DNA from: Candidatus Woesearchaeota archaeon
Lineage (GTDB): Archaea > Nanobdellota > Nanobdellia > Woesearchaeales > UBA10216
Length of the DNA stretch: 58,965 nucleotides
Assembly (NCBI GenBank): GCA_002688315.1
Contig: NZCN01000009.1
Span: forward strand, 1-58,965
Direction: 5' to 3'
Shown: piece after piece, positions 38,076 through 47,815 of the stretch
Layout: each line of letters starts with the position of its first letter
Position numbering within the stretch: position 1 is the stretch's first letter
Translations under genes and position numbers: made by a program
Notes under the pieces: generated by a model
Seen by the model: only the letters and a program-made list of their open reading frames with translations
Told to the model about the DNA's origin: nothing
Databases searched by the model: none

Positions 38076-38699
38076 CTATTTTCTAAGCATATGAGTTTTT
38101 TCCCATTCATCCAGCTGAGTTTCAAGGACATGATCTTTAATTTTTTTAGATTTTTTCTCTATTTTATCGCCAAATTGTTTTCTCCAGTATAAACCAGCAG
38201 CTACACCCATAAACAAGCCAGAAATGTGAGCAATGTTAGCTGTACTACTCGGATAAAATATTCCAAAGATATCCTGGGAAAGCCAGACAATGCCTGCTAT
38301 AAGCATAGGCATAGGAAGGTAATGGATGTAAATAACCATGCCTGGCCGTAATGCAACTAATGCTCCAAGAATTGCGTATATAGCTCCTGACGCACCCAAT
38401 GAGCGAGCATAAGGAGAGAAAATATTTACAAGTATTCCAGCTGTAATAAAAAGCCATAAAATACGGCGTGCTCCAATACGGCCTTCAAGGATTAACCCGA
38501 ACAAAGCTAATGCGAACAGGTTATTGAGCAAATGAGCAGGACTGCCATGCGCAAACACTGATGTTATCAGCCGCCAGGGTTCTATCCACTTTAATTCGTT
38601 TATAAGAAGAAAAGGCTCAGTTGAGAAGATTTGCTGCAGGGCAAAAACTGCTATAATTATTCCTGAAAGCCATAAAGCTATGAAGCGCATGTTAAACAA
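38076..38699 (-). CDS. rhomboid intramembrane serine protease
   Basis: PWRLITSVFAH, HLLNN, GASG and AHISG motifs. Confidence 0.92.
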   Translation of the reverse strand: MFNMRFIALWLSGIIIAVFALQQIFSTEPFLLINELKWIEPWRLITSVFAHGSPAHLLNNLFALALFGLILEGRIGARRILWLFITAGILVNIFSPYARSLGASGAIYAILGALVALRPGMVIYIHYLPMPMLIAGIVWLSQDIFGIFYPSSTANIAHISGLFMGVAAGLYWRKQFGDKIEKKSKKIKDHVLETQLDEWEKTHMLRK

Positions 38700-38778
38700 T
38701 AGGGAATATTAATATAAATAATTAGCTAGTTTGTGGTTAAACACAACCCTTTTATACGGTTTTGGGTTTGCTTTTGGA

Positions 38779-40560
38779 ATGAGAATTTACAGATTGCTGT
38801 TATTGTTTGTTATTGGTATTTTGTTTGCACAAACAGCATTAGCAGGAAGCGGGCATACAACATTGCTAGCTACTTCAGAGCCTTTTGAAGGCGGTGTTAC
38901 TGCTGATTTATTTCTTGAAACAAAGCCAGGCACTGGGAAGATTTTTATCGAATCCTTTCCGCTTACAAAGGTAGATACGCAAATTTCAACAAGGTTTGCA
39001 AAAGAAGTTGCGTGCAGTTATCTTGGCAAAAGCTGTGATGAGCTTGACTTTTTTTATACAATAAAAGCAGATGCTGTAATAATAGGAGGGCCGTCAGCAG
39101 GAGCTGCAATGGCTACGCTTACTGTAGCTGTACTTGAAGGAGTTGAATTGAATGAAACAGTTGCAATAACAGGGACAATTAACTCTGGCAATGTTATCGG
39201 GCATGTTGGAGGAATTTCTGAAAAGATTGAAGCTGCAAGCGATGCAGGCATAAAAAAAGTGCTTATTCCAAAAGGTGAAAGGTCAAATTTTGCGCGCAAT
39301 ATAAGCATTGACATGGTTGAGTATGGAAGAGATCTTGGAATAGAAATAGTTGAAGTTTTTAGCCTTGATGAAGCAGTTCAAGAGTTTACAGGGAAAACTT
39401 TTACTCCAGATGATGAAAAAATAGAAGTTGACACTAAGTACAGCGAAGTAATGAAAGAACTTGCAGCAGGACTTTGCAGAAGAACAGAAAGGCTTAAAGG
39501 AAATGTTGAAAGCAGTTCTATTAACAGGTCGCTTGAAGACGCGAAAACAGTAGCAGAGAATCTTAGCCAGCAAGGAGTTGACGCTACAGCTAAAGGAAGC
39601 TTTTATGCAGCAGCAAGTTTTTGTTTTGGAGCAAATGTCAGATATAAGTTTCTTGATTTAATTTCAGAAGAACTTAGTGATGAAGATATTCTGTCTGAAC
39701 TTGAAAACGTAAATGAAAGAGTAGATGAAATCAGAAAAAATCTGAAAAACGCTTCAACTGTTTCAGACGCTCAAATATTAGCCATAGTGCTTGACAGGCT
39801 TACTGAAGCAGAAAGACATACAAACGTTAGTGCTACTTTATTAAATCAGCAAAGAGTGAATAGCATTTATGAACTTGCTTTTTCCATTGAAAGAATTGAA
39901 AGTGCAACAGCCTGGAGCCAATTTTTTGAAGTGATGGGAGAATCAGCAATAACAGAAGATGTTCTTAAGAATGCATGTATAAGCAAACTAGCAGAAGCGC
40001 AGGAACGAATTGAATACGCTTCAATATTACTTAGAGGTGTGAGTGAGAGCTCAAGATTAAGACTTGCAGAAGCACAAGCGTTTGTTGAGACTAAAGATTA
40101 TGTGCAATGCCTGCACAAAGCAACACTTTCAAAATCAGAAGCAAATACATTGCTCAGCGTGTTTGGAGTAAGAGATGAAGAAATTGAAGAAATAGTAGAC
40201 CGCAAGCTTACCGCTGCTCGAACAAGCATTGCAAGACAAAAAGAAATATTCCCAATAGTAGGATATAGTTATTATGAATATGCAAACTCATTAAAAGACA
40301 CAGATAAGTATTCTGCACTTCTGTTCTTAGATTATGCGCTAGAATTCAGCAACATTGACATTTACTTTAAAGACAGTACAACACAAGAATTAAATGTTAC
40401 ACAAGTTAAGACTGCAGAAGAAGCAACACCTGTTGCATTTTACTTTATAGCTGGCATTGCGCTAGGCATAGTTTTAACAATTGTTTTGAAAAAAGCAACT
40501 AAAAGAAAAAAGAAAAGAATTCTAATAAATAGAGCTAAGAAAAAAATAGTTTCTAAATAA
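38779..40560 (+). CDS. secreted/membrane-anchored S16 (Lon-like) protease without ATPase domain
   Basis: Signal peptide, GGPSAG, TGTI...G.IG.VGG...K and a C-terminal TM helix; start taken at ATG 38779. Confidence 0.85.
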   Translation: MRIYRLLLLFVIGILFAQTALAGSGHTTLLATSEPFEGGVTADLFLETKPGTGKIFIESFPLTKVDTQISTRFAKEVACSYLGKSCDELDFFYTIKADAVIIGGPSAGAAMATLTVAVLEGVELNETVAITGTINSGNVIGHVGGISEKIEAASDAGIKKVLIPKGERSNFARNISIDMVEYGRDLGIEIVEVFSLDEAVQEFTGKTFTPDDEKIEVDTKYSEVMKELAAGLCRRTERLKGNVESSSINRSLEDAKTVAENLSQQGVDATAKGSFYAAASFCFGANVRYKFLDLISEELSDEDILSELENVNERVDEIRKNLKNASTVSDAQILAIVLDRLTEAERHTNVSATLLNQQRVNSIYELAFSIERIESATAWSQFFEVMGESAITEDVLKNACISKLAEAQERIEYASILLRGVSESSRLRLAEAQAFVETKDYVQCLHKATLSKSEANTLLSVFGVRDEEIEEIVDRKLTAARTSIARQKEIFPIVGYSYYEYANSLKDTDKYSALLFLDYALEFSNIDIYFKDSTTQELNVTQVKTAEEATPVAFYFIAGIALGIVLTIVLKKATKRKKKRILINRAKKKIVSK

Positions 40561-40572
40561 GAAAGAGTATAA

Positions 40573-40645
40573 CCCTGGGAAAGCTCCCTTGCGAGAGCTT
40601 TCCTGGGCAAAAAGAGGTGATTAGAAAATTGCCCCAAACTTATAT
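40573..40645 (-). ncRNA. candidate small structured RNA (two hairpins; anti-SD loop; GCAA tetraloop)
   Basis: Minus strand: GGGCAA/TTGCCC stem enclosing ATCACCTC, then an 11-bp stem capped by GCAA; CTTAAATA box upstream. Confidence 0.45.
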
Positions 40646-40786
40646 TGAATATAGAGTGGTGTAACTACTATTTAAGTGTTTCTATTCATTAGCATACTAA
40701 AGTAGTGACATGAAAACTAATATGTTTCAATATTGAAAGTAATTATTTCAGATAGATTTAAATAAAAAAACAAGTGTTTTGTGTTT

Positions 40787-41305
40787 ATGAGCTGTGTTGT
40801 ATGCGAAAAAAAGGCAATTGAACATATTGATTTTTGCAGAAGTTGCCTAATGAAAACAATAGAAAAGCGCACCAGAAAGGAAATTTCAAAAAATAGTGTT
40901 AGAAATGCAAAAATTCTTGTAGTAAATGATGGAAATTGCAATGGCGAAGTTAATGCTTACTTGATAAAAAAGATTGTTACTATTACAGATAAAATTAATT
41001 ATGCAAAAAAGATGCGAAATAACAAAGATTATGATTTTATCTCGGTTTCTGATACAGCAGATGATGAAGCTAATCGCTTTCTGGAGTTTATGCTTAATTC
41101 AAGCAAGGAAAAATCTCCAAAAAAGATAATTAAATTGCTAAAAAAGTCTCTGAGCAGTGAAGTATTTGCTTATGCAGAAATAAAAAGAATTAAATACAGC
41201 AAAAAGACTAAATCTTCAGAAATTAGCTTGCTTGACAAGCTTGAAGAGCAGTATAAAGGCTCTAAACAAGGATTATCTAAAGCTTCCGAGAAACTAGAAT
41301 GGTAA
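40787..41305 (+). CDS. Zn-finger protein resembling a degenerate TtcA/Ncs6 (tRNA thiolation) N-terminus
   Basis: CVVC...FCRSC...IEKR.RKEI and ADDEA..FL motifs; no intact SGGKDS. Confidence 0.55.
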   Translation: MSCVVCEKKAIEHIDFCRSCLMKTIEKRTRKEISKNSVRNAKILVVNDGNCNGEVNAYLIKKIVTITDKINYAKKMRNNKDYDFISVSDTADDEANRFLEFMLNSSKEKSPKKIIKLLKKSLSSEVFAYAEIKRIKYSKKTKSSEISLLDKLEEQYKGSKQGLSKASEKLEW

Positions 41306-41520
41306 AATTAGGAACAAAAGTAATGCAGATTATATATGGGGAAGTTGTAGTTAGCATTCTTACAATAATTGTATCATACGCATTCTTTACCAATACCACT
41401 CAATCTATAATAAGAAATGTTGTTATTGTAACTTTGGTTTTCCTAGCTGTATATGTGTTATGGATAAAAATGTATGGCAATTATGGAAAGATGTATAAAG
41501 CCAGATTAACAGATGAATAA
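41299..41520 (+). CDS. small two-TM membrane protein
   Basis: Two hydrophobic stretches; overlaps the upstream stop. Confidence 0.6.
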   Translation: MVKLGTKVMQIIYGEVVVSILTIIVSYAFFTNTTQSIIRNVVIVTLVFLAVYVLWIKMYGNYGKMYKARLTDE

Positions 41521-41582
41521 TCCGAAAATCTTCCGGTTTTTTCTAGGCAAAACATATTAAGGACTAGTTTCTTAACAGTTAA

Positions 41583-42539
41583 ATGAAATTTTTTACATTG
41601 GTTATATTAACAGCAGTGATTGCCAGCTGCACAATAACAGGAAACATAGTAGATGAAACACTTCATGAAGAGCATTTCAATAATACAGTCTTATTTTGCG
41701 GAGATTGCCTGGAAAAACTTATCAGCTATATTGAAAATTCAGAAACAGTTGAGTGTGCATTATACAATACTGACGAAAGAGTTGTTGATGCTGTTGGTGA
41801 TAAAGGCACTATAATTACTGACAGCAACAGTAAAATCAGAGGCAGTAATGTAATAAAAAGAAAATCTTCTGGATTGATGCACAACAAGTTTTGTGTCTTT
41901 GATAACAGCATTGTTTGGACTGGTTCTTTCAACCCAACCAAAAGGAAAGCTTTGGATAATGTGATAATAATAAACTCAACCTTATTGGCTAATAATTATT
42001 TGGAAGAATTTGAGGAATTAAAAAGCAATAGCAGTATTAAAACTACTACTACCAAAATTATTCTCAATAACACTTTAATTGAAAACTATTTTTGCCCTGA
42101 GGATTGCAAATCACAACTATCTTCTTCAAGTAGGTATGGCACTGCATTATTTAGAATTACGAATTTACTCTCCAACGCTAATGAGAGCATATATTTTATG
42201 GCTTATTCTTTTACTCATCCTACGATAGCTAATGAGTTAGTGATTAAGAAATCAGAAGGAATTGATATTAAGGGAATTATTGAGAAAAGCACGACAGGCA
42301 GTCAGTACTCTAAGCATGAAATGCTAGTCAACAACGATGTTGATGTAAAGCTTGAAAGCACAAGCAAGCTACTGCACCATAAGGTGTTCATAATTGACAA
42401 GGAAATAGTGATAACTGGGAGTATGAATCCAACCAAATCTGGTGTTGGTAGAAATGATGAGAATGTGTTAATAATTCATGATAGAGATGTTGGTATGGAA
42501 TATTTAGAGCAATTTGAGATATATTGGAACGCTAGTTAG
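41583..42539 (+). CDS. phospholipase D/Nuc-family nuclease, lipoprotein-like signal
   Basis: Two HxKxxxxD motifs (HNKFCVFD, HHKVFIID), GSxN motifs, N-terminal ...IASC. Confidence 0.87.
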   Translation: MKFFTLVILTAVIASCTITGNIVDETLHEEHFNNTVLFCGDCLEKLISYIENSETVECALYNTDERVVDAVGDKGTIITDSNSKIRGSNVIKRKSSGLMHNKFCVFDNSIVWTGSFNPTKRKALDNVIIINSTLLANNYLEEFEELKSNSSIKTTTTKIILNNTLIENYFCPEDCKSQLSSSSRYGTALFRITNLLSNANESIYFMAYSFTHPTIANELVIKKSEGIDIKGIIEKSTTGSQYSKHEMLVNNDVDVKLESTSKLLHHKVFIIDKEIVITGSMNPTKSGVGRNDENVLIIHDRDVGMEYLEQFEIYWNAS

Positions 42540-42949
42540 TAATTAGGAACAATGATGGGAAGTATAACCAGCCTTGCTATTAGATTAACAATTGCTATAC
42601 CAAATATCCGGTCTGCAATAAACCACGCAAGACCTATTAAAGCTGCTTTCTTTGTTTCCTGTTTATAAAATATCTTTATAGCAAAAGCATTGACCAGAAA
42701 CATCACAATCGAAATTATTATAAAATGCAATATTATAGGTCTTAGATCTACATTGGGCGTCGGATACAACTTAAATACTACAAACATGATTAATCCTGCC
42801 ACTGCTGCTGTTTTAAGTGCGGTAAGAAACTTATCTTCCATAAGCTTAAACGCTTGAATTAGTTTAAACAATTTAATTATGCCCCATAAAATTAATACGT
42901 TTACGGCAATAGAAACCAAAAGTAATGAAACATCTATCAAAAGTGGCAT
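42536..42949 (-). CDS. four-TM membrane protein
   Basis: Highly hydrophobic 137-aa ORF. Confidence 0.65.
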   Translation of the reverse strand: MPLLIDVSLLLVSIAVNVLILWGIIKLFKLIQAFKLMEDKFLTALKTAAVAGLIMFVVFKLYPTPNVDLRPIILHFIIISIVMFLVNAFAIKIFYKQETKKAALIGLAWFIADRIFGIAIVNLIARLVILPIIVPNY

Positions 42950-43044
42950 TGTTTACATTTTTATTCCTATGTATTTAAATCTTTTGAATGAATATTTTGA
43001 GGGAGCATAAATTTTTTAAAGTATAAAAATATGTTTTAATAATT

Positions 43045-43281
43045 ATGAACAAAGGGATCGCTGATTCTTTAGTTGACGTAGAGTTTGCAAGATTAAAAAT
43101 ATTTATTAGAATTCTTCCATTCTTAGCTACTGTAATTGCGATAGTTAGTATCTCAGTATATGTTCTAGATGATAAGTTTAAAGATTATGCAATATTTATT
43201 CTGGCTGGTTCTTTTGCAGTTGGGGCAGTTGTAAATGTGGTAGTGGATAAGAAAGTCAAGAAGATATTTAAGTCGTGCTGA
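43045..43281 (+). CDS. small two-TM membrane protein
   Basis: Hydrophobic 78-aa ORF with TATA-like AT tract upstream. Confidence 0.55.
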   Translation: MNKGIADSLVDVEFARLKIFIRILPFLATVIAIVSISVYVLDDKFKDYAIFILAGSFAVGAVVNVVVDKKVKKIFKSC

Positions 43282-43361
43282 ATCCATAGTATAGACATAA
43301 CGCCCTTTTCGCAACAACAAATCCGGCTCCTCTGAAACTTACTTTCCAACATAGGTGGTGA

Positions 43362-43806
43362 ATCGAGAATTACTTTTCTGTTCTGGTAAATAATTCCCAG
43401 TTGCAATCTCTGTCCTGAAGATGGCTGCATTGATATTTTGCAAAATAAAATAAGTGAAGCAGAAAACAGCGTTTATTTTGCAACTTATTCTTTTACGCAT
43501 CCAAAAATAGCTAATGAGCTGATAATTAAAAATTCTAGTGGAATGAAAGTTAAGGGAATAATTGAAAAAGGCAGTAAGTACTCGCAATTTCAAACTCTGA
43601 AATCAAACGGGTTGGATGTAATAGAAGACAGCAGCAAAACGATACTGCACCACAAATTCTTCGTGATAGACGAAAGAATAGTGATTACAGGCAGCTTTAA
43701 CCCTACAAGGAATGGCGATACAAGAAATGATGAGAATTTTTTGGTGTTATATGATGAGGAGGTTGCTGTTACATACCTTAACTATTTCAAAAGTTTGTTT
43801 GGATGA
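43362..43806 (+). pseudogene. orphaned C-terminal half of a PLD gene
   Basis: IENYF (43362-43376), then ~34 nt of frame-breaking sequence, then CPED...YSFTHP.IANEL...HHKFFVID...RNDEN; paralogous to 41583-42539. Confidence 0.75.
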
Positions 43807-43841
43807 CAAAACTTTATAAAACACAGCAGAAAACAAGTTTT

Positions 43842-44732
43842 ATGGTTGATATTGTTATTGTTGGGAGCGTTGCCCTTGATACAGTTAAGACTCCTTTTGG
43901 AGAAGTTAAAGAAGTTCTTGGAGGAGCAGCCACTTACTCAAGCTATGCAGCCTCTTTCTTCTCAAAGCCAGGAATAGTTGCTGTTGTTGGAGAAGACTTT
44001 CCTTCTGAACATTTAGATTTGCTAAAAGGAAAAGAAATTGACTTGAATGGAGTGAAGAAAGAGGGGAAAACATTCAGGTGGCAGGGTAGGTATGAGTATG
44101 ACATGAACGAAGCCAAAACACTAAAGACTGAACTTAATTCTTTTGAAAACTTTGAACCAGAGCTTCCTGAAGAGTATAAAAAAACAAAATACGTTTTCCT
44201 TGCAAACATTAATCCTGAATTGCAATTGCAAGTGCTTGAACAAATAGAACAGCCAGAAATTGTAATGCTCGATACAATGAATTTATGGATACAGACAAAA
44301 AAAGAGCAATTGCTGGAAGTTATAAAAAAAGTAAATGTTTTGTTGATGAATGACAGCGAAGCAAGACAATTGTTTGAAACACCAAGCCTTGTTAAAGCAG
44401 CAAGTTCTGCACTAAAACTCGGGCCAAAGCATGTAATAATAAAAAAAGGCGAGCACGGCGCGCTTCTTTTCACAAACAACAGCCATTTTAACGCTCCAGG
44501 ATATCCTCTTGAAGTGATAAAAGACCCAACTGGATGCGGAGACAGCTTTGCAGGAGCACTTATTGGATACCTTGCAAAATCAGGTCTTGATGAGATAAGA
44601 AAAGCAATAATTTACGGAAGCGTAGTTGCTTCTTTCAATGCAGAAGACTTCAGCTTAAACAGGCTAAAGCAAATAAGCAACGAAGATGTATATTCCAGGT
44701 ATAAAGAATTTGAAAAAATGAGAGAATTCTAG
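43842..44732 (+). CDS. PfkB-family carbohydrate/nucleoside kinase
   Basis: GSVALD, LGGAATY, IIKKGEHG and DPTGCGDSFAG motifs; start taken at ATG 43842. Confidence 0.9.
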   Translation: MVDIVIVGSVALDTVKTPFGEVKEVLGGAATYSSYAASFFSKPGIVAVVGEDFPSEHLDLLKGKEIDLNGVKKEGKTFRWQGRYEYDMNEAKTLKTELNSFENFEPELPEEYKKTKYVFLANINPELQLQVLEQIEQPEIVMLDTMNLWIQTKKEQLLEVIKKVNVLLMNDSEARQLFETPSLVKAASSALKLGPKHVIIKKGEHGALLFTNNSHFNAPGYPLEVIKDPTGCGDSFAGALIGYLAKSGLDEIRKAIIYGSVVASFNAEDFSLNRLKQISNEDVYSRYKEFEKMREF

Positions 44733-45505
44733 AGTTTTATCACAGTTCCAATGCTTTCATTTCCTAAAAGCGCTTCCTTAATGTTATTTTGAGTGTTTCC
44801 ATTAACAACCTGGCAGGTTAAATTGCTCATTTTAAGAATCCATTCAAGCTTGCCTTTCATTCCTCCTGTAACATCAGCATCTTTGGATTCTTCAGCTGAT
44901 ATTTCCTTTAACTGTTCTGCACTCAATGATTTTAATAATTCAGAATTTTCTTTTGAAGGGTCTGCAGTGAACATGCCATCAACATTTGTTGCAAAAACAA
45001 CTTTAGACGCATTAAGCTGGGATGAAAGATTGCTTATTATTTGGTCTCCAGATATTATAGAGCAGCCTTTATTGTCATCAATCGCCGGAGTTCCAAACAA
45101 AACAGGAACCATTCTTTTGCTAAGCAGGTTATTAATTAAATCTGTGTTAATTATGATTTTTCCATCTGTGCTTGTTGTAGTGGAAGAAAGCTGGAATGGG
45201 AAAGCAGGAATGTTTTTTTCATTCAATTCTTTGCAGATAAAGCTGTTTAACTCATTCATTAAAGCCTGGCATTTTGATACTGGAATAAAATCATCAGAAA
45301 TTCCTTGCGCTAACTTGTGCTTTGAAGAAATAGGATGCCCATAAGAACCAGCACCATGAACAATAACCAAATTAAATTTTTGAGCCTGAAGAGAACTTGC
45401 TATTTCTTCAGAGATTCTTGATAAGTTTTGCTTATTCAAAACCGGCTCAGCTTCAGACTTCTTGGTGATAACCGAGCCGCCTAGCTTGATTAGTGTTGTA
45501 TTCAT
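44729..45505 (-). CDS. ipk: isopentenyl phosphate kinase (amino-acid kinase family)
   Basis: IKLGGSVIT.K, VHGAGSYGH, ISGD and DVTGGM.GK motifs. Confidence 0.88.
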   Translation of the reverse strand: MNTTLIKLGGSVITKKSEAEPVLNKQNLSRISEEIASSLQAQKFNLVIVHGAGSYGHPISSKHKLAQGISDDFIPVSKCQALMNELNSFICKELNEKNIPAFPFQLSSTTTSTDGKIIINTDLINNLLSKRMVPVLFGTPAIDDNKGCSIISGDQIISNLSSQLNASKVVFATNVDGMFTADPSKENSELLKSLSAEQLKEISAEESKDADVTGGMKGKLEWILKMSNLTCQVVNGNTQNNIKEALLGNESIGTVIKL

Positions 45506-46269
45506 TCTATACCTAGCTGAAGTTGTGGATATATTTGGTGCACAAGGCTATCTTTAGGAACAAGTGATTCCATAAAGCTGCGGACAGCTTCATCAGCTCT
45601 TTCAAGCCTTGCTAAAATATAAGTTTCTGTAGTTCCTTTACTTGCTAAAATAGTCAACATATGTTCGAAACCAATATTATCATCTCTAATACGTCTGAAT
45701 ATTGGTCTAAATTCACCAAAGGGTATTTCATCAAATATTTTTGCTTCTTCTGACACTTCAGTAAATGAAACTTTGGTATATCTTTCAGGGTGAGTCTCTT
45801 GAAGTGAATATATTTCGTCAAACGCTAATTTTAACTCAACAAGTCCATTAAAAATTGGATAGGCATAATCAGCACCAACTCTAACACCGCTAACAGTAGT
45901 AAGTGGTTTTGCTTTTCCCATAATATAATCATACTCATCAACATTTAAATCCCATGTAAACTCAACTACATGTGGGCTATGCCCTTCATAATCTGAAGGA
46001 ACAAGCGGTACTTTAACATTTCCACGCAAATACCTGTTATCAGCTATAGTATGATCTCTTATTCTCATAAAAAAACCAGGTTCAACATTAAAATAATGAT
46101 CTGCGCAAGTAGCTGTTCTGGATTTATTCGCAACTATACCGTACAAACGTCTAACCGCTCTAGCCAAATCTTCGTGCACTCTTACTTCTGTTTCTATTTC
46201 AATTCTGACTGTAGAAACAGAACTACTTTGATCAAGAATAAATTCTAAAGGATCAATTTTACTCATCAA
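45502..46269 (-). CDS. divergent CYTH/triphosphate-tunnel-like protein
   Basis: EIETE, DHYF, MRIR, NVKVP, LAFDEI and FTEVS occur in CYTH order. Confidence 0.55.
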   Translation of the reverse strand: MMSKIDPLEFILDQSSSVSTVRIEIETEVRVHEDLARAVRRLYGIVANKSRTATCADHYFNVEPGFFMRIRDHTIADNRYLRGNVKVPLVPSDYEGHSPHVVEFTWDLNVDEYDYIMGKAKPLTTVSGVRVGADYAYPIFNGLVELKLAFDEIYSLQETHPERYTKVSFTEVSEEAKIFDEIPFGEFRPIFRRIRDDNIGFEHMLTILASKGTTETYILARLERADEAVRSFMESLVPKDSLVHQIYPQLQLGIE

Positions 46270-46289
46270 AAAAGGGGTTGGAAATAGTT

Positions 46290-46811
46290 TTATAAAGTTT
46301 TCTCGGAGAAGCGATTTTCAACTTTATCAATAGCAACTCTCAACCAATAACTGTAATTTTCAGGATTTGCCTGGATGTCTTTCTTTAGCTCTTCCATTTC
46401 AACCCATTTCCAGGATTCAACTTCTTCCGGATTAGAAGTTGGATTACCATCATAGTTGCCTATCAGAACATGGTCAAATTCATTCTCTGTAAGGCCATTG
46501 TCAAATTTTGTTTTGTAAGTAAAAGTAAATGCTTCTTTTAGCTCACAGTCAAAACCCATTTCTTCCTTTAAGCGGCGATGAGCAGCTTGTTCAACTGACT
46601 CGCCAAGCCTTGGATGACTGCACACAGTATTTGTCCATAACCCTGGAGAATGATACTTGGATTTTGCACGCTGTTGTAAAAGCAACTTGCCTTCTGAATT
46701 AAATACAAACACTGAAAAAGCTCTGTGAAGCTTTCCGTCTTTATGGGCTTGAAGCTTTTCAGCTGTTCCTATTTGCTTATCATTTTCATCAACTAATATT
46801 ACTTCTTCCAT
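46290..46811 (-). CDS. idi: isopentenyl-diphosphate delta-isomerase type 1
   Basis: LHRAFSVF, LLQQRA..KYH, WTNTVCSHP, ENEFDHV and NPEEV motifs. Confidence 0.94.
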   Translation of the reverse strand: MEEVILVDENDKQIGTAEKLQAHKDGKLHRAFSVFVFNSEGKLLLQQRAKSKYHSPGLWTNTVCSHPRLGESVEQAAHRRLKEEMGFDCELKEAFTFTYKTKFDNGLTENEFDHVLIGNYDGNPTSNPEEVESWKWVEMEELKKDIQANPENYSYWLRVAIDKVENRFSEKTL

Positions 46812-46956
46812 ACAAATTTGTGTGAAGAATTGGTTTTTAATTTTTTCTCTCTTTCTTCACACATTTATATTAAGTAGAATAACATACATAATAAGTTAAA
46901 TAAGTGTTAAAAAGCATTAACTTTATAAATATAAATACATACAAATTAAGTGCAGA

Positions 46957-47439
46957 ATGAGTAAAATTCCTTACAAAGCGCTTGAAAAATTTGTTAAAAT
47001 ATTTCAGAAAGAGTATAAGGTAGATTTAAGCGAAGTTCTAAAAGAATTAAAAGAAATCCCTAAAGAAATAGAAGTTCCTGCTTCTGTTTTCAGCAGAAAA
47101 CTTAGCAGTCTTGAAACCATTTGCAAATATCTCAAAGAAAATCTTGGTTTAAGTTATCATGAGATTGCAGAACTTCTCAACAGAAATGACAGGACAATTT
47201 GGATTACTTACAGGAATGCGTCTAAGAAGGTGAAGTCAAAATTTGTGGTTAAAGATACAAAGTTAATGATTCCTGTTTCAGTTATCGCTAACAGAAAGTT
47301 AAGTGTTCTGGAAGCTATTGTTTCTTACCTTAGAAAACTCAAGTTAACATACCATAAGATAGCTGTTATTCTGAAACGAGATCAGCGCAATATCTGGACA
47401 GTGCATAGCAGAGCTAAGAAAAAATGGAAAAATTCCTAA
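46957..47439 (+). CDS. tandem-repeat HTH DNA-binding protein
   Basis: Two copies of P.SV...RKLS.LE.I..YL....L.YH.IA..L.R..R.IW. Confidence 0.8.
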   Translation: MSKIPYKALEKFVKIFQKEYKVDLSEVLKELKEIPKEIEVPASVFSRKLSSLETICKYLKENLGLSYHEIAELLNRNDRTIWITYRNASKKVKSKFVVKDTKLMIPVSVIANRKLSVLEAIVSYLRKLKLTYHKIAVILKRDQRNIWTVHSRAKKKWKNS

Positions 47440-47774
47440 GAAAAAGACTGGAAGAGCTTGTTAAAGAACAGGCTGAAGCAGAGAAAAAGAAAGCTAAAGC
47501 AGCTAGTCTTATAATCAGCCTCAATGAAAAACTGGCTCAGAATGCAATAGTTATTGATGATTATTCTGAAGAGCTTGCAAAACTTAAAGGCACTGTTAAG
47601 AAATTTGAAGATACAATAGCATATTACAAAAACAGTATAGAAAGTGCTGAGAATACTTTGGAAGGGCATCAAAAAAGTATTGTGTGGGAAAAGATACTAA
47701 AGGAAACATCTTTGTTAACTGCTGCTGCAAGCGTAATATTAACAAGCTTGATTGTAGTTCTGATATGGAGTTAA
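47424..47774 (+). CDS. coiled-coil protein with C-terminal TM anchor
   Basis: Heptad-rich body and hydrophobic C-terminus. Confidence 0.6.
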   Translation: MEKFLRKRLEELVKEQAEAEKKKAKAASLIISLNEKLAQNAIVIDDYSEELAKLKGTVKKFEDTIAYYKNSIESAENTLEGHQKSIVWEKILKETSLLTAAASVILTSLIVVLIWS

Positions 47775-47815
47775 CAAGCAAAAACATTATAAAAAATCGA
47801 TTTTTCAGTTTTTGC

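Noticed and set aside
43377-43410. 34-nt interruption in the PLD remnant as a possible BHB mRNA intron
   Set aside because: I could not build a convincing bulge-helix-bulge, and an in-frame stop lies just upstream, so decay is the simpler explanation
47684-47815. Cys-rich N-terminal extension of AhcY in the ORF track
   Set aside because: It overlaps the upstream gene and promoter; the conserved sequence begins at ATG 47816
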